64,000 bases of DNA from an uncultured Candidatus Saccharibacteria bacterium (GTDB taxonomy: Bacteria; Patescibacteriota; Minisyncoccia; Phycocordibacterales; UBA5272), in the NCBI GenBank assembly GCA_964512315.1, contig CAZEIK010000003.1, positions 22,548 to 86,547 on the forward strand. Direction: 5' to 3'. Of this stretch, positions 48,620-60,055 are shown one piece after another. Position numbers and translations under genes: made by a program. Below the pieces are notes generated by a model that did no database searches, was not told the origin of the DNA, and worked only from the letters and a program-made list of their open reading frames with translations. Within the stretch, counting starts at the first letter, position 1. Each line of letters starts with the position of its first letter.

Positions 48620-49850
48620 ATGGTAATAAGACTTCTGGTACTGTTATTGTACCATCTGCATTTTGATAATTTTCAATTATTGCAGTTACTAGTCTTGGTG
48701 TTGCAGCTGCTGTGTTGTTGAGCGAGTGAGTGAATTTAACTTTACCCTCAACATCTTTGTATCTAATATTAAGGCGCCTAGTCTGAAAGTCGTGGAAGTA
48801 GCTACAGCTATGAGTCTCACGATATTTATTTTGACTAGGCATCCAAGCTTCTATGTCATACTTCTTCACTTGTCCTAATCCTAAGTCAGCACCACAGTTA
48901 ACTACTGTGTGATAAGGTATACCGAGCTCCTCCATCATCTCCTCTGCGTTACGAAGCAACTCTTCATGATGCATAACAGATGTCTCATGCGAAGCCTCAC
49001 ACAATACAACTTGCTCTAATTTGTAGAACTCATGCACACGAACCAAACCCTTAACATCTTTGCCATGACTGCCAGCCTCCTTGCGGAAACATGTTGAGAA
49101 AGCCAGATACTTCTTAGGCAAGTCAGATTGATTCATAACTTCTCCAGAGTGATAGAACATAGTAGCAACTTCACCAGTACCAGATAGGTAGTCCTCGCCA
49201 TCTTTGTACAAATCATCCTCACCTTGTGGCAAATACCCTGATCCAAGCAATGTCTCTCGCTTAACCATAGATGGCACTATCATTGGTGTGAAGCCTTTCT
49301 TTGACCATTTAGTCATAACATATTGCCATATAGCCATCTCAAGCAGGGCTCCGTCATTTTTTAAGAAATAACCTCTAAAGCCAGATGTCTTAGTTCCTCT
49401 CTCGAAGTCAACCATGTCATTTTGTTCCATGATTTCTATGTGATCTCTGACTTGGAAGTCATACTGCTTCGGCTCGCCCCACTTCTTGACCTCAACGTTA
49501 TCATTATCACTGTCTCCATCTGGAACCGTCATGTCAGGGACATTGGGAACTTGTAACATCAGCTCACGCCAACGCTTCATAACTGGCTCTAACTCTTCTT
49601 CAACTTTTTTCAAATCATCTTTTACAACCTTTAAAGTATTCAAAAGTGTATCTCTTTCCGCGCCAACCACTCTCTGCATCTCTTCTCCTGCCGCATTCTG
49701 CTTAGCTCGCAAATCTTCCGCTCTTTTTAGAATCTCAACTCTCTTGGTGTCAATATTCACAAGTTCATCCACGTCGAACTTCAGCTTCTTTTTTAGAGCG
49801 GCAGCCTTGATTACTTCTTTATTCTCACGGACAAACTTAATATCTAGCAT
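48579..49850 (-). CDS. serS: Seryl-tRNA synthetase.
   Basis: N-terminal coiled coil, class II motifs. 423 aa. Confidence 0.93.
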   Translation of the reverse strand: MLDIKFVRENKEVIKAAALKKKLKFDVDELVNIDTKRVEILKRAEDLRAKQNAAGEEMQRVVGAERDTLLNTLKVVKDDLKKVEEELEPVMKRWRELMLQVPNVPDMTVPDGDSDNDNVEVKKWGEPKQYDFQVRDHIEIMEQNDMVDFERGTKTSGFRGYFLKNDGALLEMAIWQYVMTKWSKKGFTPMIVPSMVKRETLLGSGYLPQGEDDLYKDGEDYLSGTGEVATMFYHSGEVMNQSDLPKKYLAFSTCFRKEAGSHGKDVKGLVRVHEFYKLEQVVLCEASHETSVMHHEELLRNAEEMMEELGIPYHTVVNCGADLGLGQVKKYDIEAWMPSQNKYRETHSCSYFHDFQTRRLNIRYKDVEGKVKFTHSLNNTAAATPRLVTAIIENYQNADGTITVPEVLLPYVGKTILGQSKVA

Positions 49851-49865
49851 AGTTTCTATAGTTTA

Positions 49866-50276
49866 TTAACGATTGTACTTTTTAGCAAGCTTGAAACGAT
49901 TCAACTCGCGCAACAGATCGCTGTTAGTATCGAGGCCAGTGTCATCCATTTTTATATTCTTTAACTCTAGCGCACGGTCTAGCGCAGCCTTTGCGGTGTG
50001 TAAGTCTATGCTTTTTATATTCTCATTATGCTCAAGCAAGACCGAGACACGTGTCTGGCCTTTGTTATTTTCAATATTAATCACACCATTATAAGCGGCA
50101 AATATTTCTTCTTCTCCGTCATGGTTGAAACGTATCTCACCGCTGTCTATTGTAGACATTATTGGCTCATGACCAGAAAGAATACTAATAACACCATTCG
50201 AACTAGGCAATGTAACCTTTTCTACACTGCCTTCAAATATTTTCTTTTCTGGTGTTGCTATATAAAGATGTATCAT
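49866..50276 (-). CDS. atpC: ATP synthase F1 epsilon subunit.
   Basis: 136 aa epsilon family. Confidence 0.9.
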   Translation of the reverse strand: MIHLYIATPEKKIFEGSVEKVTLPSSNGVISILSGHEPIMSTIDSGEIRFNHDGEEEIFAAYNGVINIENNKGQTRVSVLLEHNENIKSIDLHTAKAALDRALELKNIKMDDTGLDTNSDLLRELNRFKLAKKYNR

Positions 50277-50280
50277 TATT

Positions 50281-51657
<1,377 letters not shown>

Positions 51658-51683
51658 TTATTTTGACCGATGTATTATAACAT

Positions 51684-51714
51684 AAAAGGCGCTCGCTAGC
51701 GAGCGCCTTTTATG
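51684..51714 (-). terminator. Intrinsic terminator between the inserted gene and atpD.
   Basis: aaaaggcgctcgc-tagc-gagcgcctttt. Confidence 0.7.
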
Positions 51715-51718
51715 TTAT

Positions 51719-52588
51719 TTAGTAACCGTACCAACCTGTATATCTACAAGTTCCAGGTCTTGTTCCATCATAAGCAAATGTCTGATAGTACTGAGCTGTG
51801 TAACCTGTTGGACATGTACAGCGAGAAAGGTCTACCTGAACTCCATCACCAACCGCACAAACATTATTCCAAGTATTGTTATAGTTGTTATTATAGTTAC
51901 AATTACCATAATAATAACAAGTATCATAATAATTATTATTGTAGTTATTATTATAATTACCGTTACTTTGGCACATAAAAGTACCAATGCCATAAGACGT
52001 AACAACGTATCCAGATGGACAAGAACATGTATTTGTACTGTAAATAGTATTTAGATTACAAATAGAAGAGTTGTTCCAGTTGTTATTGTTATTATAGTAA
52101 CCATTAATTTGGCAAGAGAATGCACCACTTCCAGAAACTGGATAATATGCATAATATCCAGATGGACATATACAAGTATTAGAAAGATAAGTTGTATTCA
52201 GTGCACAAGTTGTATTGCTGTTATTGTTGTTATAGTTAACAGGAGTGTTACATGACTTTGCGCGTAACGCTTCACGAGTCATTGTTCCTACATATCCAGT
52301 AGCTGACAAGTTGTTAGCTGATTGAAAATTCTTCACAGCCTGAACTGTAGCATTACCAAAGAATCCAGTAGGATCCTGATACATATATCCCATTTGACCC
52401 AAAAGCTCTTGAAGCTTTGATACTTCTGAGCCAGTATTGCTGTCTCTGTCACCTTTTCTCATATTATAAGAAAAAGTTGTACAAGTGATTGTGTTATTTG
52501 AATTTGAATCAAAATCACCAGAAACTTGTGCCGAAATAGGCAAAATAGTTATAAAAAATAAGGAAATAATGGTTGCTAGCTTTTTCAT
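51719..52588 (-). CDS. Secreted protein: peptidoglycan-binding (PG_binding_1-like) domain followed by Asn/Tyr-rich Cys-motif repeats.
   Basis: Signal peptide. PGB motif (VxxLQxxLxxxGY...DGxFGxxTxxAVxxFQ). Three C-x-LNT-x-Y-x-x-NTC-x-CPSGY repeats separated by poly-N/Y. Confidence 0.6.
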   Translation of the reverse strand: MKKLATIISLFFITILPISAQVSGDFDSNSNNTITCTTFSYNMRKGDRDSNTGSEVSKLQELLGQMGYMYQDPTGFFGNATVQAVKNFQSANNLSATGYVGTMTREALRAKSCNTPVNYNNNNSNTTCALNTTYLSNTCICPSGYYAYYPVSGSGAFSCQINGYYNNNNNWNNSSICNLNTIYSTNTCSCPSGYVVTSYGIGTFMCQSNGNYNNNYNNNYYDTCYYYGNCNYNNNYNNTWNNVCAVGDGVQVDLSRCTCPTGYTAQYYQTFAYDGTRPGTCRYTGWYGY

Positions 52589-52632
52589 GCCTTCATACTA
52601 CAGCTAAACACAAAACTCGTCAAGTGCTAGCT

Positions 52633-53490
52633 TTATTTTGCAATCGCTAATGCTCCGCTAGATATTTCAGCTATTTCTTGAGTAATACCAGCCTGACGCA
52701 CTTTGTTGTACCACAACTTTAACTCACCCAACATCTCGCCTGCGTTATCTGTTGCAGTCTTCATCGCCATCATGCGAGCAGCATGCTCAGCTGCAGATGA
52801 CCTGGCAACAAAAGCTGACAAAATATTCTGCAAGATAATCTTTATCGCTCTATCGTACACAACTGTAACGTTTGGCTCGAAAGTATACTCGAGTCCATCA
52901 ATGCTATCTTTGTTATCAATATTTTTATTACTAAATGGAAGCAACTGAACAGTGTCCACTCTCTGAGAATTAATATTTTCAAAATCTGTATATATAACAT
53001 CCACCCCAGAATAAGCCCCTTCGAGAAAAGCTGACACTATTGTCTTTGTTAACACCCTCGCCGAAGACATAGAGAAAACTTTCTCATTAAATGAAGCGAT
53101 AACACTAGAAGTATCTCCATCGAACTTCTTAGCTATCTTCTCGCCATATTTGCCAATACATATAAAGTCCACATGCCCAGCATTATCTTTTACATATTTG
53201 TATACTTTTCTATATATATTTGTATTGAAGCCACCACACAGCCCCTTCTGACCACCTATTACAATCAAAAGTTTTTTGTGACTATCATTAGGCACTTGTA
53301 GAGGGTGCTTCTCTCTTTGTTCACCAAGTATCGCTAATATTCTCTTTGCTTCTAGAGTAAAAGCCTTATACCCTTCTGCAGTCAAAAGTGACTTTTTCAT
53401 TTTGGCTACTGACACCATCTCCATAGTACGAGTAATCTTACGTATACTTTGAGTTGATTTTATTTTGCTTTTAATTGCTCTAGTTTGCAT
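52633..53490 (-). CDS. atpG: ATP synthase F1 gamma subunit.
   Basis: 285 aa gamma family. Confidence 0.92.
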   Translation of the reverse strand: MQTRAIKSKIKSTQSIRKITRTMEMVSVAKMKKSLLTAEGYKAFTLEAKRILAILGEQREKHPLQVPNDSHKKLLIVIGGQKGLCGGFNTNIYRKVYKYVKDNAGHVDFICIGKYGEKIAKKFDGDTSSVIASFNEKVFSMSSARVLTKTIVSAFLEGAYSGVDVIYTDFENINSQRVDTVQLLPFSNKNIDNKDSIDGLEYTFEPNVTVVYDRAIKIILQNILSAFVARSSAAEHAARMMAMKTATDNAGEMLGELKLWYNKVRQAGITQEIAEISSGALAIAK

Positions 53491-53522
53491 GAGTTAGAAA
53501 CTTATATAAAGAAAAAAGAAGA

Positions 53523-55028
53523 TTATTTTGTCTTAGACATGTAGTCTGACTTTACTGTTGCGAGGAAATCTTTTAACTCACCTTCTATCTCCTCATTCCA
53601 ATCTTTAGAAAGCTTGGCTTCTAATTCTTTGTGGTAAGTAGCAAGTGAATTCTGCATAAAGCTTTCAAAGTCTGAAATATTCTTAACATCTATGTCATCA
53701 GTCACTCCAGAGTTAACAGCATAGATAGACGCAGTCTGAGCACCAACACTCATAGGCTCACCATTCTTTTGTTTTAACATCTCTACTGTACGCTTGCCAC
53801 GCTCAATAGTTGACTTGGTTGTCGCATCTAGGTCTGAGTCGAATTGAGCAAAGCTTTCTAGTTCACGATATTGAGCTAGATTAAGCTTCATCATACCAGC
53901 ATTCTTCTTCATTGGTTTCAACTGTGCAGCCGAACCCACACGAGATACAGACAATCCTACATCAATAGCAGGACGTATACCACGATAGAAGAGTCCTGAG
54001 TCCAAGAATATCTGTCCGTCAGTAATAGAGATAACATTAGTAGCAACATAAGCCGATATATCTCCAGCTTGAGTCTCAATAATAGGTAAAGCAGTAATAG
54101 ACCCTCCACCATTCTCAGCGTTCAGCCTACATGCACGCTCGAGCAATCTTGAGTGTAAATAGAAAACATCTCCAGGATAAGCCTCACGTCCTGGTGGTCT
54201 GCGAAGAAGTAGTGACATCTCACGATAAGCAATAGCATGCTTAGACAAGTCATCATAAATAACTAATACGTCTTTGCCTTGCTCCATAAAATACTCCGCA
54301 ACAGCAACACCTGAATAAGGCGCAAGGAAGGATTTGGCTGCACCACCTGATACACCAGCTAATACAACAACTGTATAATCCATCGCCCCCGCTTGAGTTA
54401 GCTTCTCAGTAATCTGCGCAACTTTACTTTCCTTTTGACCAATAGCAACATAAACACAAATAACATCTTTACCTTTTTGATTGATGATTGTGTCTATTGC
54501 TATTGTGGTCTTACCTGTCTGACGGTCACCGATAATAAGCTCACGCTGACCACGACCAACTGGGATCATAGCGTCTATGGATTTTATACCTGTCTGCATT
54601 GGTTGATTGACTGGCTCGCGAGTCATCACACCAGGGGCTACACGCTCAACAACTTGCAACTTAGAAGCAGATATCTTCTTACCTCCATCTAGTGGGTTCA
54701 TAAGAGGGTCCACAACTCTACCCAATATCTCATCCGAAACAGGCACAGAAAGAATTGAATTAGTTCTAGTCACCCTCTCTCCTTCTGATATTTTGTCAGC
54801 ACCATCAATTACCACCACTCCAACATTGTCAGTCTCTAGATTAAGAGCTAGACCTTTTGCGCCAGATGCGAACTCGAGCATTTCCATGCTTTGCGCATTC
54901 TCAAGACCATATACAGAAGCGATACCATCGTATACCTTGGCAACTGTACCTGACTCTTTTACCTCAATACTAGTATTACTATTATTGATTGCTGACTCTA
55001 ACTCTTTTACTATATTTTGTACTGACAT
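53523..55028 (-). CDS. atpA: ATP synthase F1 alpha subunit.
   Basis: Walker A GDRQTGKT. Confidence 0.97.
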   Translation of the reverse strand: MSVQNIVKELESAINNSNTSIEVKESGTVAKVYDGIASVYGLENAQSMEMLEFASGAKGLALNLETDNVGVVVIDGADKISEGERVTRTNSILSVPVSDEILGRVVDPLMNPLDGGKKISASKLQVVERVAPGVMTREPVNQPMQTGIKSIDAMIPVGRGQRELIIGDRQTGKTTIAIDTIINQKGKDVICVYVAIGQKESKVAQITEKLTQAGAMDYTVVVLAGVSGGAAKSFLAPYSGVAVAEYFMEQGKDVLVIYDDLSKHAIAYREMSLLLRRPPGREAYPGDVFYLHSRLLERACRLNAENGGGSITALPIIETQAGDISAYVATNVISITDGQIFLDSGLFYRGIRPAIDVGLSVSRVGSAAQLKPMKKNAGMMKLNLAQYRELESFAQFDSDLDATTKSTIERGKRTVEMLKQKNGEPMSVGAQTASIYAVNSGVTDDIDVKNISDFESFMQNSLATYHKELEAKLSKDWNEEIEGELKDFLATVKSDYMSKTK

Positions 55029-55039
55029 AATGTTTTTGT

Positions 55040-55378
55040 TTATTTGATAATTTGTTTTAATAATCCATCTAGCGAGGCGTCCAAGATTTTATTTTTAGTA
55101 TAAACTCTGAATCCGGCTATCATGTCTTTATTAACTTTTTGCTTTTGTATTTTGAGGCCGAATTTACTTTCTATAGAAGCGCGAGCCTCATCACTGGTCT
55201 CGAACGGCGTCTCGAGCAATACTTCATCTTGCGTTTCTGTAAAAATTCTTTTCTTGTTTAGGAACTCTAAAGCTTTGGGCAGCAAAAAATTTAGCTTCTT
55301 CTTTTTAACAATATCCAAAAGCTGTTTTGTATTATTTGGATATTTTATAAATACTTCTGCTAATTCTGCCGCCTTCAT
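55040..55378 (-). CDS. atpH: ATP synthase delta (OSCP) subunit, short.
   Basis: 112 aa. Position between atpF and atpA. C-terminal delta-like motif. Confidence 0.6.
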   Translation of the reverse strand: MKAAELAEVFIKYPNNTKQLLDIVKKKKLNFLLPKALEFLNKKRIFTETQDEVLLETPFETSDEARASIESKFGLKIQKQKVNKDMIAGFRVYTKNKILDASLDGLLKQIIK

Positions 55379-55383
55379 TGTTT

Positions 55384-55884
55384 TTACTTTTTAGCGAGTT
55401 GCATGACTATTTTGTCATGTTGCTCTTTTGTTAAGGTCTCAGAAAGTGTTTTCTTCAAAAGGTCTGCAACAAGATTCGGAGCGTAAGTGGCGAACTCTTT
55501 TGCAACACTTTCTTCTGCTCCAGCAATTTTAGATCGCAAGTCTTTGTGTAACTTGTCAGCCTCTAATCTTGCGTCATTGGTAATCTCATCAACAGTCTGC
55601 TTACCAGCATCTACCGCTTTGTGTAAAATGGTTTCTGCTTCAGCCTTTGCAGAACGGACCCTTTCTTCAGCTTCGTCTTTTGCATTGCGAAGTAACTGCT
55701 CAGCGTTAGAAGCATTATCCAGACCTTTTTTAATTACAGATTCACGCTCACGTACAAGATTAACAACTTTTCCAAATACAAATTTGTTCAATACAAAAAG
55801 TATTATTAAAAAGTTAATAAAGTTAGCAAGCGCAACATGCCAATTAAAACCTATTGATTCTAAAATTGAATGGATGAACTCCAT
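55384..55884 (-). CDS. atpF: ATP synthase F0 b subunit.
   Basis: N-terminal TM helix, long charged helix. Confidence 0.8.
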   Translation of the reverse strand: MEFIHSILESIGFNWHVALANFINFLIILFVLNKFVFGKVVNLVRERESVIKKGLDNASNAEQLLRNAKDEAEERVRSAKAEAETILHKAVDAGKQTVDEITNDARLEADKLHKDLRSKIAGAEESVAKEFATYAPNLVADLLKKTLSETLTKEQHDKIVMQLAKK

Positions 55885-55888
55885 TTAT

Positions 55889-56149
55889 TTAGTTGCCTAA
55901 TAAGAAGAATGCAACGAATGCGAAGATCGCTGTTGTCTCGGTCATCGCCACACCCACGATCATTTTAGAGAAAATACTACCTTCGATCTCAGGATTGCGC
56001 CCAATTGCTTCGAAAGCTTTACCGATAAGATAACCCTGTCCTAGGGCTGTTGTTAGCATGCCTAATATTGCCATGCCTTTTGCTATATAAATTGCTGCTT
56101 CTGGTGTCATACAGTTGGAAATTATATCACATTTTGTAACCTTAACCAA
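55889..56149 (-). CDS. atpE: ATP synthase F0 c subunit.
   Basis: Helical hairpin with the conserved carboxylate (GVAMTETTAIF). Confidence 0.9.
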   Translation of the reverse strand: MVKVTKCDIISNCMTPEAAIYIAKGMAILGMLTTALGQGYLIGKAFEAIGRNPEIEGSIFSKMIVGVAMTETTAIFAFVAFFLLGN

Positions 56150-56156
56150 GGAATAA

Positions 56157-56579
56157 CTATTTAATCGCTACCAGTAATGTTCCAGCTACGACAAGGATAA
56201 GGCCAAACACGGCGCGCATTGTGATGCCATCACCTAATACAACAACAGCAAGGGCTGCGGTTAAGACTATGCTTAACTTGTCTATGACAGTAACAGATAC
56301 AGTCGGACCATTAGCAAGAGCGTAATAAAAGAAAAGCCAAGACAATGCACCACCTGCACCCGAGAGTATAATATACATCCACTGCTTTGCAGTTAGAGCT
56401 GACATGGCGGCTTGGTCCAGTTTACCCAAAAGTAATGCTGCTAACGTCACAATCACCGCCATCACCACACCACGAAGACTGGTTAACAAGTTAGAATCAA
56501 CGCCCTTGAGTCCGAATTTGGCAAAAATAGTTCCAAGTGATGCAGCAACAGCACCAGCTAAAGCATAAAATATGTACAT
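56157..56579 (-). CDS. EamA/DMT-family small transporter.
   Basis: 4-TM EamA-like repeat. Start set at ATG 56579. Confidence 0.5.
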   Translation of the reverse strand: MYIFYALAGAVAASLGTIFAKFGLKGVDSNLLTSLRGVVMAVIVTLAALLLGKLDQAAMSALTAKQWMYIILSGAGGALSWLFFYYALANGPTVSVTVIDKLSIVLTAALAVVVLGDGITMRAVFGLILVVAGTLLVAIK

Positions 56580-56621
56580 AAGTAGAAGTATATAACAATA
56601 AGCATCTGTTACAATAGGAAA

Positions 56622-57098
56622 ATGGTAAAGAGAAATAGGAAACAAAAATCTCTCAAACAAAAACTCGAGCGCACTGCCCTATCCGCTACACATTGGATAG
56701 GCTCTATCGAGTCACTGATAATACATACTGCAGTATTTGTGTCTGCCTTTGCTCTCGTATTGTTCGGTGTGTCATTCGACCGTGTGTTGCTAGCACTCAC
56801 CACTGTACTCTCACTTGAAGCCATATACCTAGCCATTTTTATTCAAATGTCAGTAAATCAGAACACTATACAACTAGCTCAAGTTGAGAAGGATGTGGAG
56901 GAAATTCAGGAAGATATAGATGAGATACAAGAGGATGTGGAGGAAATTGCAGAGGATGTAGACGAGATCCAGGCTGACGTTGAACATATTGAGAAAGACA
57001 TCGATGAGATTCAGGAGGACGTACAAGAAATAGAAAAAGATGTCGACGAAATACAAGAAGACGTAGAGGACCTAACCGAAGAGGAGAAGAATGTTTAG
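56622..57098 (+). CDS. DUF1003-like membrane protein with an acidic heptad-repeat tail.
   Basis: 2 TM helices plus an MSVNQN motif, then 9 x DV(E/D)EIQE heptads. Confidence 0.5.
   Translation: MVKRNRKQKSLKQKLERTALSATHWIGSIESLIIHTAVFVSAFALVLFGVSFDRVLLALTTVLSLEAIYLAIFIQMSVNQNTIQLAQVEKDVEEIQEDIDEIQEDVEEIAEDVDEIQADVEHIEKDIDEIQEDVQEIEKDVDEIQEDVEDLTEEEKNV
56892..57080 (+). repeat. 21-nt tandem repeat x9, in frame and coding for DVxEIQE heptads.
   Basis: Seen directly in the sequence. Confidence 0.8.
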
Positions 57099-57144
57099 AG
57101 TTTAAATAAATATTTTGTCTTTATAATTATGATAGACTATATTT

Positions 57145-58074
57145 ATGTTCAACAAACTTTTAGATAAATTAAGTAACGAAAAAACTCTATTTATAAATCT
57201 ATTTACAATTAATTTTGTTATATCTGTTTTGATTTTTTGTTTCTTTTTATTTTCTTATATGTTTGCTTCTGAAACCATACTAAAAGGTCTTAGTATTGGT
57301 AATTCAATTAGTATTTGGGACAGGTTTTTAGCGATACCTCTTATATCTGAAACAATAATAGGGACAATTTCCACTGTATTACATTTTGGTTTTAGTGCAT
57401 CAACTGTCAATTTAATATTAGTAGTGATTTGTTTTGTTTTTATAGTTTCCAGAAGCTTAATAATGACACTTTTTAATATTTTTGTATTCAAAGCAACAAA
57501 AAGCAAAAAGGTTCTACTTGCCGTGCTCCTAATTCCATACTTAATACAAATTACAAGTATGGCTTTTATATACAGAACACCGGAATATAAAAATTTTACA
57601 AATAAAGATTACAATGAAAAAGAAACAGCCAAACTAAATATAGAATATTCAGAAAATTATTCTAATAATAAATTTGAAAAATATATTAACTCTAATGGTT
57701 GTGACGAAGAGTATAATGACCCAAACAATACGTGGAGAGTTAATATCGACGAATGTGAAAGGCGTTCGATAAAAGAATACCTTGCCCAAAAGTATTATGT
57801 TAATAGTTTAAATCAACAAGAAACTGAGGAAAGTATTTTTAGTAAGTTTTTTGATAAATGTACTCAAATAGAAAATACAGTTAAACAAAATAAGTGTTTT
57901 GATGGATTCTTTTTATGGAAAAAGTACAACGACAAGGAATATTACCAATACTTACCGAACGAAAATAGTTCAGAATTCATTAAAAACCTACTAGAATCAA
58001 AAGAAAGTTACTGCTCTTTTGCTTACAAAAATGTAAAAGAAAAGGTTAATGCTTGTATAAAAAGACTACCTTAA
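57145..58074 (+). CDS. Hypothetical membrane protein with a Cys-containing C-terminal domain. Very AT-rich (about 25% GC).
   Basis: 309 aa ORF, 4-5 TM helices. Confidence 0.45.
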   Translation: MFNKLLDKLSNEKTLFINLFTINFVISVLIFCFFLFSYMFASETILKGLSIGNSISIWDRFLAIPLISETIIGTISTVLHFGFSASTVNLILVVICFVFIVSRSLIMTLFNIFVFKATKSKKVLLAVLLIPYLIQITSMAFIYRTPEYKNFTNKDYNEKETAKLNIEYSENYSNNKFEKYINSNGCDEEYNDPNNTWRVNIDECERRSIKEYLAQKYYVNSLNQQETEESIFSKFFDKCTQIENTVKQNKCFDGFFLWKKYNDKEYYQYLPNENSSEFIKNLLESKESYCSFAYKNVKEKVNACIKRLP

Positions 58075-58079
58075 CTCCA

Positions 58080-58122
58080 CTACACCTTAAACTCAATAAC
58101 GTCACCGTCTTTTATTATACAC
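58080..58122 (-). repeat. Imperfect copy of the ychF 3' end (encodes IIKDGDVIEFKV*). Direct repeat of 58597-58640 flanking the GNAT gene.
   Basis: About 30/33 identical nt, then a looser match. Confidence 0.75.
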
Positions 58123-58140
58123 ATGTCAACACAATTGTAT

Positions 58141-58593
58141 TTACAACTTTTTCAAATCTAAAATGTGTGTAGCTTTGTATTCATTAGACTTTTTAAATCC
58201 CATAGACTCGTAAGCAAGTGCTGCGATTGGATTAGATGTAAACAAACGTAGAGTAGTAAAATTCTTTCTAGCTTCCTGAATAATCATATTCACTAAGAGT
58301 TTTGCTAAACCTTGTCTGCGATATTTTTGTGAGACATATATATGACGCACTCTACCTATATTTTTATCGTCCACATATTGATCTATGTTTAGGCCTCCTA
58401 TTGCAACACATTCACCTAAAACAAATATTCCCCAAAACTTTTCACCTTGTTTTGAAAAATCATTAACCCCACTTACCCATTCATCAATAGTTTTTCTAAC
58501 TGAATAATAACCTTCTGCTGTAGCCTCAAGGTCTAATTTATCTAACGAAGAAATATTTTCATCTGTGATCTGAATAGCTTTATAGTCAGTCAT
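58141..58593 (-). CDS. GNAT-family N-acetyltransferase.
   Basis: Acetyl-CoA binding motif RRQGLAKLLV. Confidence 0.8.
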   Translation of the reverse strand: MTDYKAIQITDENISSLDKLDLEATAEGYYSVRKTIDEWVSGVNDFSKQGEKFWGIFVLGECVAIGGLNIDQYVDDKNIGRVRHIYVSQKYRRQGLAKLLVNMIIQEARKNFTTLRLFTSNPIAALAYESMGFKKSNEYKATHILDLKKL

Positions 58594-58597
58594 AAAT

Positions 58598-59695
58598 TTA
58601 CACCTTAAACTCGATTACGTCGCCGTCTTTTACAATATACTCTTTGCCTTCGGTGCGAAGTAGACCTTTGGATTTACAATTTGCAAATGACCCTTCACGT
58701 AGGAGGTCATCACAATGTACAACCTCGGCACGTATGAATTTGTCTTTGAAGTCGGTGTGTATTGCTTGGCCTGCAACTGGTGCTGTACTGCCTGCTTTAA
58801 TGGTCCATCCACGAGTCTCCTCAACTCCAGTTGTGAAGTATGTCTCTAGGCCAAGAGTCTTATAAGCTGCCTTGATTAGTGTCTGTATACCGTCATCCTT
58901 ACCTCCCAGCTCGCTACGCATCATACTCTTCTCCTCGCCTTCAAAATCTTTCAAGTCATCTTCTATCTTGGCGTCGATAGTACAATATTCAAAATTATTT
59001 TTATTCAAAAAGTCTATCAATGCTACAAATCTTGGGTCATTGCTTTCATCTAGATTATTACCTCCCGCCTTTTTATTAAGACCGTATAAGAACTTCTTAG
59101 CAGTTATAAGATTGAGCTGCTTGATTTGTTTCAACTCTTCTTCTGTATAACTCTCTTGCGAGACGAGTTTGCCACCTTCTAGTGTTCCGATTAATTTATC
59201 CAATAGTGCGTCGAGTGCTACGAACTCCTTATCGCCTTTTTTAACATCTTTTTGTATATTAGACTTTCTATTCTTACAAGTCTCTAGGTCGGCTTGAGAT
59301 AATTCAAAATTAATAACTTCAATGTCGAACAGTGGGTCAACTTTGTTATTAACATGCAGCACCTTGTCATCTTCAAATATTCTAACTATTTCAAGTATCG
59401 CGTCAGTCTCGCGTATATGAGAGAGGAATTTGTTACCAAGACCTTCACCTTCACTTGCCCCCTTCACAAGTCCTGCGATGTCTACGAACTCTATGACTGC
59501 TGGTATTGTGCGCTTGGTTTGTGATAATGTTGCTAACTTCCACAGTCTCTCATCAGGCACCTCAACAATACCGACAGATGGGTCGATAGTACAGAATGGA
59601 TAATTCTCAGCTGGTACCGAGTTCTTAGTGAGTGCGTTAAAGAGTGTACTCTTGCCAACATTCGGCAGCCCCACAATTCCAATAGATAGTGACAT
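58598..59695 (-). CDS. ychF: Ribosome-binding ATPase YchF (Obg family).
   Basis: GLPNVGKST, TGS domain. 365 aa. Confidence 0.95.
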   Translation of the reverse strand: MSLSIGIVGLPNVGKSTLFNALTKNSVPAENYPFCTIDPSVGIVEVPDERLWKLATLSQTKRTIPAVIEFVDIAGLVKGASEGEGLGNKFLSHIRETDAILEIVRIFEDDKVLHVNNKVDPLFDIEVINFELSQADLETCKNRKSNIQKDVKKGDKEFVALDALLDKLIGTLEGGKLVSQESYTEEELKQIKQLNLITAKKFLYGLNKKAGGNNLDESNDPRFVALIDFLNKNNFEYCTIDAKIEDDLKDFEGEEKSMMRSELGGKDDGIQTLIKAAYKTLGLETYFTTGVEETRGWTIKAGSTAPVAGQAIHTDFKDKFIRAEVVHCDDLLREGSFANCKSKGLLRTEGKEYIVKDGDVIEFKV

Positions 59696-59714
59696 AGTTA
59701 GAATATACTAACAT

Positions 59715-59750
59715 AAAACAAGACCAGCCCGAAGAGCTGGTCTTGTTTTA
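59715..59750 (-). terminator. Intrinsic terminator.
   Basis: aaaacaagaccagc-ccgaa-gagctggtcttgtttt. Confidence 0.7.
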
Positions 59751-59761
59751 TGTATTTAAGA

Positions 59762-60055
59762 TTACTTCCCCTCCATTGCGGCTTGGGCCATTTGCTTTAG
59801 CTTGTTTGGGTCTTCATCTTTAAGCAGTTCAGCTAACTTAGATTGATACTTTTGCATTACTTCAAATGAAGCATACATCTCTGGCTTACCAGCGTCAGTC
59901 AAAGCTTTGATCTCTTTTGCTATATTCTCAAATAGCGCTGGATCTTTTTCCATTAATGTCATTATCATCTCTTGCTGATCTTTAGGAAGATTGCGTGTAC
60001 CAACTTTTGCAGCTTGTTTTAAAAAGAATTGTCTTATGCTCATGTTATTTGGCAA
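59762..60055 (-). CDS. Hypothetical small helical protein.
   Basis: 97 aa ORF. Confidence 0.4.
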   Translation of the reverse strand: MPNNMSIRQFFLKQAAKVGTRNLPKDQQEMIMTLMEKDPALFENIAKEIKALTDAGKPEMYASFEVMQKYQSKLAELLKDEDPNKLKQMAQAAMEGK

